Source: an uncultured Gammaproteobacteria bacterium (GTDB taxonomy: Bacteria; Patescibacteriota; Microgenomatia; 2-02-FULL-39-11). From it: DNA of 64,000 nucleotides. The stretch spans positions 7,140 through 71,139 of the forward strand of contig CAZFNL010000137.1 in NCBI GenBank assembly GCA_964520615.1. Direction: 5' to 3'. This document shows positions 58,012 through 64,000 of the stretch, in pieces; within the stretch, counting starts at the first letter, position 1; each line of letters begins with the position of its first letter. Both the position numbers and the translations under genes were made by a program. Under the pieces are notes generated by a model. It worked only from the letters and a program-made list of their open reading frames with translations. It searched no databases and was not told where the DNA came from.

Positions 58012-60346
58012 ACATATCCCAGTAAATATCGTTTCGGGAACTGATTACTTTTTTCGAATATTCATTATTTCCCAATATATCAAATATTTTTGTCTTATCC
58101 CTCAATTTATCAAATCTTTTTACAGATGTACCATAAGTACTAATTAACACAAATTTGATGCGGTTTTTTTTATAAAAACTGTAAATATCCGAAAAATTTG
58201 ATGATTCGAAAACTGGATAAAAAAGCGATAATCCTCCCCCATATTCCACGTTATAAGTCTGCAAACCGGAATAATAAGAAAGTCCGCTAGGTGTACCAAA
58301 TACAACAATTCTATCTCCTAAGTGAGAATGACTTGCCAAATATGGTACCACTGTTGTACTTTGCCCCCAATAGTCAAACAACATATTTTGTTCCCTTTTA
58401 GTAAAGTTCAGTAGATTTATACCCCCTGATACGGCAATGAATATATAACCATATAATATTAAAATCGCTGCAGGAACTATTTTTTTCAAATAAAGTCTAT
58501 CAGACATAGCACCAATAACTACAACCGTAATCGACAGAAGAAAGGCTAAAATTATCATGAGGGGTATATCGCTTGGTGAAATTGATACGCGTGAGGCTAA
58601 AATATATAATGATCTAAGAACAACTTCTAATATGTCGTTTGGGATTTTAATTAAATCTGAAAAATGAGATTTCACCTCAGGAACCAATGCTTCACCGATT
58701 TGAAAATTAACGCCGTATTTTTGCACGGAATACCTTAATGTATTGTTTCCAATAGAATATGACCAGAAATTCCACAAAAGAAATTTGGATGAAAGAAAGT
58801 GAAAAAATACTCCTGCATATACTATATTTTCCACCATTTTTCTCCTGACAGACAATTTTTTTAGACCGTCTAATATCAACACTGCCAGAAAAGGAATTAC
58901 AGGTAGAAGCCACTTGGTATCAGCAGCACCTAAAAAAAGCACCCACCAGCTGTACCAGACAAAAAAAATATATACTGGGAGAAATTTAATTCCTCGGGAA
59001 AATCCTTTTAACACTCCTGTAATCTTCGGCAATAACCAAAAGACTGCTAGAGAAGAACCGAATATAAACGTAAGCGTCTCAAATGGAATACCTCCTTTTC
59101 CCACAACACCAATTGAACTGCCAATACTGGAAGCCCAATTATAACTTAATTTTTGTGAGGTAAAATTTCCAAAAAATAAATAATTTCGCAAAATAAAAAT
59201 AAACCCGGAAAGTGAAATCATCGCGGAAGCAACTAACTTGTAAAAATCTTTTTTATCGCTGTATATATTTATCCTCACTGACCAGAAAGCCATAAACAGC
59301 AAAACGGCAAAAAATATTCCAAAGGCAAAGCCCTGCGGTACAGTGTAAGGTTCTCCCTTAAAAAATATTTTGAGAAGAAATGGAACAAAAGGAACAGATA
59401 AATACAGAATTTTCCCCTTCCCTCTAAAGTATCTGAAGACGCCTAACCCAAAAACCAAGGCATAGAGGAATATCGCCTGGTATTTGATAAGAAGAGATGC
59501 TCCAAGAGATAAACCCAATAGTGCATATATTATCCATGAATATTTTTTCCTATGAGAAGAAATTAATTTCAACATAAACCAGAAACAGAACAAAGATAAA
59601 AAGGCAAAAATAAAATCGGGATAGAAACCGGCTTCAAATATAAATCCTTCCAGAAAAGGAATGACCAGTATAATTAGGACCCCTAAAAGTGAATATTCAC
59701 TAGGAAAGAAAAGGCTGAATATATAGTAGCTGAATAATAAAATACCTAGAAAGTAGGGAATATTGATAAATCTAAAAACTTCACCAAATATATTCCCTGA
59801 AATTGTATAGTAATAGGCAAAAAACGACGGTCCCCCCACGGGAGGAATTGCAAAAGGACTACCGTCATAATAGTTATATGCCGGAATTTTATCTGCCATG
59901 ACAATTGACCTTGCCAAAGGCAGGTAGCTATCGACAACATCGCTGTCAACTACCGGCCTGAGCGTAAAAATGAGGAGGAAAACCAATATAAAAATACCTA
60001 GAAAAAGGTATGTAACTTTGTTTCCCGAAAGTATTTTCGTCTTATTGTCACAGGTTTTAATACCTTTGCTAATCACGGAAAATAATAAATCCTTAAGCGT
60101 CACAATAGTTAATAAAACCAAAATGGCAAATAGAATCCTGGAGGTTACGATAAATCCTCTTGGAAAAACAATTCCCCAAAAACTTGAGAAAAGAACTGTA
60201 AAAGATGTGGTTGCAACAAGTGATAAACATAGTTTTAACAGAACTGAATATCTCTTTAATCTGGCAACACGGTTTAACACAGGATAAGCACCAAATATAA
60301 ATGACAAGGGAATAATAAACATGAGAATACTTTCCATATCTTTCAT
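57998..60346 (-). CDS. Large (782 aa) polytopic membrane protein, GT-C-like putative glycosyltransferase.
   Basis: More than 14 TM segments. An acidic first-loop motif (RPVVDSDVVDSYLPLARSIV) resembles the GT-C DxD/DExD loop. Confidence 0.45.
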   Translation of the reverse strand: MKDMESILMFIIPLSFIFGAYPVLNRVARLKRYSVLLKLCLSLVATTSFTVLFSSFWGIVFPRGFIVTSRILFAILVLLTIVTLKDLLFSVISKGIKTCDNKTKILSGNKVTYLFLGIFILVFLLIFTLRPVVDSDVVDSYLPLARSIVMADKIPAYNYYDGSPFAIPPVGGPSFFAYYYTISGNIFGEVFRFINIPYFLGILLFSYYIFSLFFPSEYSLLGVLIILVIPFLEGFIFEAGFYPDFIFAFLSLFCFWFMLKLISSHRKKYSWIIYALLGLSLGASLLIKYQAIFLYALVFGLGVFRYFRGKGKILYLSVPFVPFLLKIFFKGEPYTVPQGFAFGIFFAVLLFMAFWSVRINIYSDKKDFYKLVASAMISLSGFIFILRNYLFFGNFTSQKLSYNWASSIGSSIGVVGKGGIPFETLTFIFGSSLAVFWLLPKITGVLKGFSRGIKFLPVYIFFVWYSWWVLFLGAADTKWLLPVIPFLAVLILDGLKKLSVRRKMVENIVYAGVFFHFLSSKFLLWNFWSYSIGNNTLRYSVQKYGVNFQIGEALVPEVKSHFSDLIKIPNDILEVVLRSLYILASRVSISPSDIPLMIILAFLLSITVVVIGAMSDRLYLKKIVPAAILILYGYIFIAVSGGINLLNFTKREQNMLFDYWGQSTTVVPYLASHSHLGDRIVVFGTPSGLSYYSGLQTYNVEYGGGLSLFYPVFESSNFSDIYSFYKKNRIKFVLISTYGTSVKRFDKLRDKTKIFDILGNNEYSKKVISSRNDIYWDMYEII

Positions 60347-60361
60347 GCTTTGCTCTAACTA

Positions 60362-61318
60362 TTAACTTTGACTTAATCTTATTGAAATGCCGGAAAAATA
60401 AGTTATGTAACCCAAACACCAAACGATTGGACCCAGTCTTTCAACAATCCACCCACGAAATGTAAAGGAGTAAACAGGCGGTAAAACTATTTTTACCAGA
60501 CTTAGTATCAGAAACCCTATCGATTTGAGTAGATGGCTAAGTTTATATATTAGCTTTTTCCTGCCATATCTTGCACAGTGTGCCTGACCCGACGCAAAAT
60601 ACCGTTTCAGTCTGTATGATACCCTAGTTTTACTCGGAGGAACTAAATGATAAACTCTAAGACTAGGACTATAATAAAAAATTTCCCCAGATTCTTCCTT
60701 TTCCCAAACTCTTTCAAAAAAACCTGTTTCTTCTCCAACTGATAGTATTTTTCCTTTCATGCCGACTGCTTCCTCAAATCCCCCGAATCGGAGCAAGGTT
60801 GACCGGCAAACAAACATATTTGAACCGGAAAAAGATTCACCTTTGTGCAAATATCTGGATTTGTTTCCCTTAAAATCTGCCTCATAAAGGTCTGAAAACC
60901 ATTTGGGTTTTTGTCCGGAATAAAAAGGTATAATTGGACCACCGATAACCAGAGGATCGGGTTTAATCGAACCAAAGATTTTCAAAGCTGATTCTAACCA
61001 ATTCAAATCGGCTTTTGCGTCATCATCAAGAAAAGTGACAAATTTTCCTTTTGCACTTAAAAGTCCTGTATTTCGTGCTATTCCCAGCCCCAGTCTTTTT
61101 TCCTTAACCAAGTTGATAATATGATTCTTATATCGTCTCTGAAACGACCAGACAACATCACTAGTATTATCTGTTGACCCGTTATTTACCACTATAATTT
61201 CGTAATTTTTCTTTTCCAGTGTCTGGCAGACCAGACTTTCCAATGCCTGTGATAGCAATTCTGACCTGTTATAAGTACATATAATTACGGATAAAAGCAG
61301 GTTGGAATTTCGCTTCAT
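60362..61318 (-). CDS. Glycosyltransferase family 2 (GT-A).
   Basis: LLLSVIICTYNRSELLSQALESLVCQT ... EIIVVNNGSTDNTS ... LDDD. Confidence 0.8.
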   Translation of the reverse strand: MKRNSNLLLSVIICTYNRSELLSQALESLVCQTLEKKNYEIIVVNNGSTDNTSDVVWSFQRRYKNHIINLVKEKRLGLGIARNTGLLSAKGKFVTFLDDDAKADLNWLESALKIFGSIKPDPLVIGGPIIPFYSGQKPKWFSDLYEADFKGNKSRYLHKGESFSGSNMFVCRSTLLRFGGFEEAVGMKGKILSVGEETGFFERVWEKEESGEIFYYSPSLRVYHLVPPSKTRVSYRLKRYFASGQAHCARYGRKKLIYKLSHLLKSIGFLILSLVKIVLPPVYSFTFRGWIVERLGPIVWCLGYITYFSGISIRLSQS

Positions 61319-61362
61319 TTCTAAATTTTAGTAGATTCAAAGGTTTTTGCCTAGTAGATAGC

Positions 61363-62304
61363 CTATATTTTGAATTTATGCCTCACGGCAACAGATAAAC
61401 GCGTTAGGATCTCCTCTTCATTGGGAATTGTAACAAACTCCTTATTCTGCTTTAAGTTTTTATTTTTCTCCTCCCAATTTTTTATCTGATTAGCCATAAA
61501 AGGAAAAAACTGGTATTTCTCAAGAACTAGATTTCGAGCTTTTACAATTGCCTCACTGCTCTTTTGCCAAAGATTGCTTTGACTAACTTGGTCAATCTTT
61601 TTAGCTACATTTTTGTCGTTTATGTCAATCTGTACGAAAGAATTTTTTGGAAAGTAGTCCGATAAATTGGTACAACCGTAATATATGGGCATTGTGTAGG
61701 AGAGAAAACAATCGGCAATTTTTTCCGTCCAATAATCAGGACAGGAAAAATTCTCGATTGCCAGAGAATATTTGTATGGATAAAGACCATCCCATTTATC
61801 TTTTATTGGTAGAAAGCCAAAACCAAATAAGTCAAAATCCACTTTGTCTTTTATTTTATGAAGAAACATTAGTCTCTTTTTATGCCCTGAAAAATTATTT
61901 TTATTTGAAGTGATAAAAGAAAGTACTTTTGATTTAGATATTGATTTAATTTTTACCAACTCGTCGTATGTTTTTCCGATATGCCAGGGTAACGCCGGTT
62001 GTGTATGTATAAACCTTTCCTCTTTCAAGGAGCTATCCGTAGTAAAAACTCTGTAATAGATTTTATCGGCATTATGCCTCCTGTGGAAATACTCATTAGG
62101 CGGTTCTTGCTGAAGTGACCAAACATTTTCTTTAGAACAAGACACATTGTAATTCTGCCTGGCAAAATTGGAAACAATTACATAATCACATTCTGAAACA
62201 GGCTTGGTAGTAAACTGAACCCCATCCCAAATTCCCTTTCCTTTGGGTGATTGCCTGAAGATATCAGGATAATCCCAATTCTTTATTATTCTTACTAAAA
62301 TCAT
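61363..62304 (-). CDS. GT10-like alpha-1,3-fucosyltransferase-family glycosyltransferase.
   Basis: YKYSLAIENFSCPDYWTEKIADCFLSYTMPIYYG matches the GT10 FucT motif FxLxFENSxxxxYxTEK. Confidence 0.5.
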   Translation of the reverse strand: MILVRIIKNWDYPDIFRQSPKGKGIWDGVQFTTKPVSECDYVIVSNFARQNYNVSCSKENVWSLQQEPPNEYFHRRHNADKIYYRVFTTDSSLKEERFIHTQPALPWHIGKTYDELVKIKSISKSKVLSFITSNKNNFSGHKKRLMFLHKIKDKVDFDLFGFGFLPIKDKWDGLYPYKYSLAIENFSCPDYWTEKIADCFLSYTMPIYYGCTNLSDYFPKNSFVQIDINDKNVAKKIDQVSQSNLWQKSSEAIVKARNLVLEKYQFFPFMANQIKNWEEKNKNLKQNKEFVTIPNEEEILTRLSVAVRHKFKI

Positions 62305-63221
62305 TTTTTCCTTAACAATACCAATACTCCACCCTGAGGGTTGTACATTCTCTTACCTTCTTCTACATCAGTATAATATCCCTTAATTGTTTTACTCACC
62401 TTCTTACCTTCAATATCCTTCTGACTGCAAAAGCGGCCAAGCAGAGAATATTTTATTTCAACGGGAGTAAACCCTTTAATAAGTCTGACAAATCTTCCGG
62501 CATCATAAACTCTATGAAGATTATAAACGACCGTAGGATAACCATAAGGTATAGTTAGGATAAGATATCCTCCTTTTTTTAGTATCCTTTTTGCCTCTTT
62601 CATGGCTTTTATATCGCCATCTGGATCAAGAGGATCTCCGTAGCGACCCAAACCGACATGTTCTAATGTCGAAATTAATGAAACTACATCCATGGATTTA
62701 TCAGACAATTTCGTATCCATACAATCACCCACTATGTAATAAACACTATTTTTTGATTTTCGGGGAAAGTCCGAAACATCCAGGGAGTATACGTTAGTAT
62801 GTGCTTTTACCAAAAGCATTATGGTAATAGTTGAAAAACTGAATCCTCCGCCCATATCGATAATCTTCCTTCTCTCAATACCAATCCTGCTTAGGCAATC
62901 TGCCAGAAAAGAATATTCAAGTTTCCTAAGATGGTCGCTAATAAATCTTTTCTCAAGGTATTTTCCCACAGTAATGTGATTAATCTCTCCCCACCTGTTT
63001 GATATTTCATTCCGGATTTTTTCTAATTCACTATCATTGGGATTTCCGATATATTTCAAATATAAACGGCGCAAAAAATCATATAAAAAATTCTGGCGAA
63101 AATAATTCGAAAATCCGCCTACTTCATTCGTACACTGCATATATAATTCAGCATCACTGAAGCTACTAAAATCTTTTATAAAATCCTTCGGTTTGAAAGT
63201 GATATTTATTTTGTTCTTCAC
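62301..63221 (-). CDS. SAM-dependent methyltransferase (class I, DUF268/FkbM-like).
   Basis: IIDMGGGFSFSTI (motif I-like) ... YSLDVSD ... MDVVSLISTLEHV ... GGYLILTIPYG. Confidence 0.6.
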   Translation of the reverse strand: MKNKINITFKPKDFIKDFSSFSDAELYMQCTNEVGGFSNYFRQNFLYDFLRRLYLKYIGNPNDSELEKIRNEISNRWGEINHITVGKYLEKRFISDHLRKLEYSFLADCLSRIGIERRKIIDMGGGFSFSTITIMLLVKAHTNVYSLDVSDFPRKSKNSVYYIVGDCMDTKLSDKSMDVVSLISTLEHVGLGRYGDPLDPDGDIKAMKEAKRILKKGGYLILTIPYGYPTVVYNLHRVYDAGRFVRLIKGFTPVEIKYSLLGRFCSQKDIEGKKVSKTIKGYYTDVEEGKRMYNPQGGVLVLLRKK

Positions 63222-63237
63222 GTCATCAGGTTAATAT

Positions 63238-64000
63238 TTATATAAAATATTTTGTCATCTCATATGCCGTAATATCTACTAGCCGTGATTTCCTAAATAA
63301 ACAGGATAAACCTAATAAAATTTGTTTAGCAATTACCCACCGAGTATTTCGGGAAAGCTTAGACAACATATATCGATCAAAAACCTGCATTCCGTTATAA
63401 GAATTTCCCAAACATGTCTTGAACCAATAGCCTTTCAGCAATCTCTCAAAAAAAAGTGCGTCGTATCTTTTAACCTTCCTGTTAGAGTAAAAAATTCTCA
63501 AAAGCCACTTTTCCACCTTTCCGATTTCAGCTGTGGATAAATTTTGCCGCCCCGGTTCAAGCAGTCTATGTATTTCTATCTCCTCTGGTAAAGCATAAAT
63601 ATCCAGTTTTTTTAAATTCTCCTTCATTATCTTATCAGTACAATCATCTATCTCTTTTCTTATACCCTTGGACATGTTTTGGGAATGTTTCCTGTAATAA
63701 GTCAAGACAATAGGAATATTTGCTATCTTAAATTTATCGGCTAACCTGACCCATAGATCATAGTCCGGTGCAGGCCAATAATCGGAACGAAAATGTTCAT
63801 CTTTTAAGCAATCTTTTCTCAGAAGAACCGACGACTGAGTAATACAATTCCTAAACAAGAGTATTGCCTTTATCAATTCGGGAGACCCGGCATGACGCCA
63901 AATCTGCCCGGTCTTTTTTCCTGCGTTATCAATAATTTCTACCCATGACCCGGCTATATACACATCCTTATGACTATCAAGAAAAGATACCTGCGTTCCC
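63238..64000 (-). CDS. Glycosyltransferase family 2, 5'-truncated by the window edge. The ORF is open to nt 64000.
   Basis: The upstream in-frame translation GNAGIFLDSHKDVYIAGSW (GT-A DxD region) continues to the edge. PDYDLWVRL lies downstream. Confidence 0.6.
   Translation of the reverse strand, partial: GTQVSFLDSHKDVYIAGSWVEIIDNAGKKTGQIWRHAGSPELIKAILLFRNCITQSSVLLRKDCLKDEHFRSDYWPAPDYDLWVRLADKFKIANIPIVLTYYRKHSQNMSKGIRKEIDDCTDKIMKENLKKLDIYALPEEIEIHRLLEPGRQNLSTAEIGKVEKWLLRIFYSNRKVKRYDALFFERLLKGYWFKTCLGNSYNGMQVFDRYMLSKLSRNTRWVIAKQILLGLSCLFRKSRLVDITAYEMTKYFI

Overview
This is a low-GC, gene-dense bacterial window with many TTG/GTG starts and 1-20 nt gene overlaps, consistent with a reduced genome (CPR/Patescibacteria-like is inference only). 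Nearly all coding is on the minus strand, from ~1043 to the right edge. It splits into three parts. (1) Left edge, plus strand, decayed: a pyrD C-terminal fragment, a frameshifted HAD hydrolase containing a perfect 16-bp tandem duplication, and a minus-strand GT4 glycosyltransferase C-terminal remnant. (2) A complete but unusually organised division and cell wall (dcw) cluster on the minus strand: mraZ-rsmH-ftsL-ftsI-murE-pgeF-murC-murB-murA, then an inserted block (GlmU-like, glmS, a/b hydrolase, a MurF carrying an N-terminal membrane domain, DegT, FemAB-like, dgkA), then mraY, a 320-bp structured gap, ftsW-murG-ftsQ-ftsA-ftsZ and a terminator. murD and ddl are absent from this window. Upstream of it lie a PilM-like/LytR_C fusion protein, an MBL hydrolase, glyS preceded by an apparent T-box leader, and recO. 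(3) A ~32-kb co-directional glycosylation supercluster (31.9 kb to the right edge) containing a priming phosphoglycosyltransferase, ManC, nine GT4, six GT2, a GT10 fucosyltransferase-like enzyme, two DegT aminotransferases, an acetyltransferase, two methyltransferases, a Wzx flippase, four stand-alone GT-C-type polytopic glycosyltransferases and a 1060-aa Wzy_C (O-antigen ligase)-GT-C fusion. This GT-C-rich machinery is the best candidate for an undescribed system, plausibly extracytoplasmic protein or envelope glycosylation. Other notable non-coding observations are a GC-rich structured motif present twice in the dcw cluster with compensatory base changes, AAAGTGG direct repeats (MraZ-box-like) with a TTGACA-17-CATTAT promoter upstream of mraZ, a degenerate heptanucleotide-repeat insertion inside a DegT gene, and a duplicated manC 5' end forming a 10-codon uORF.
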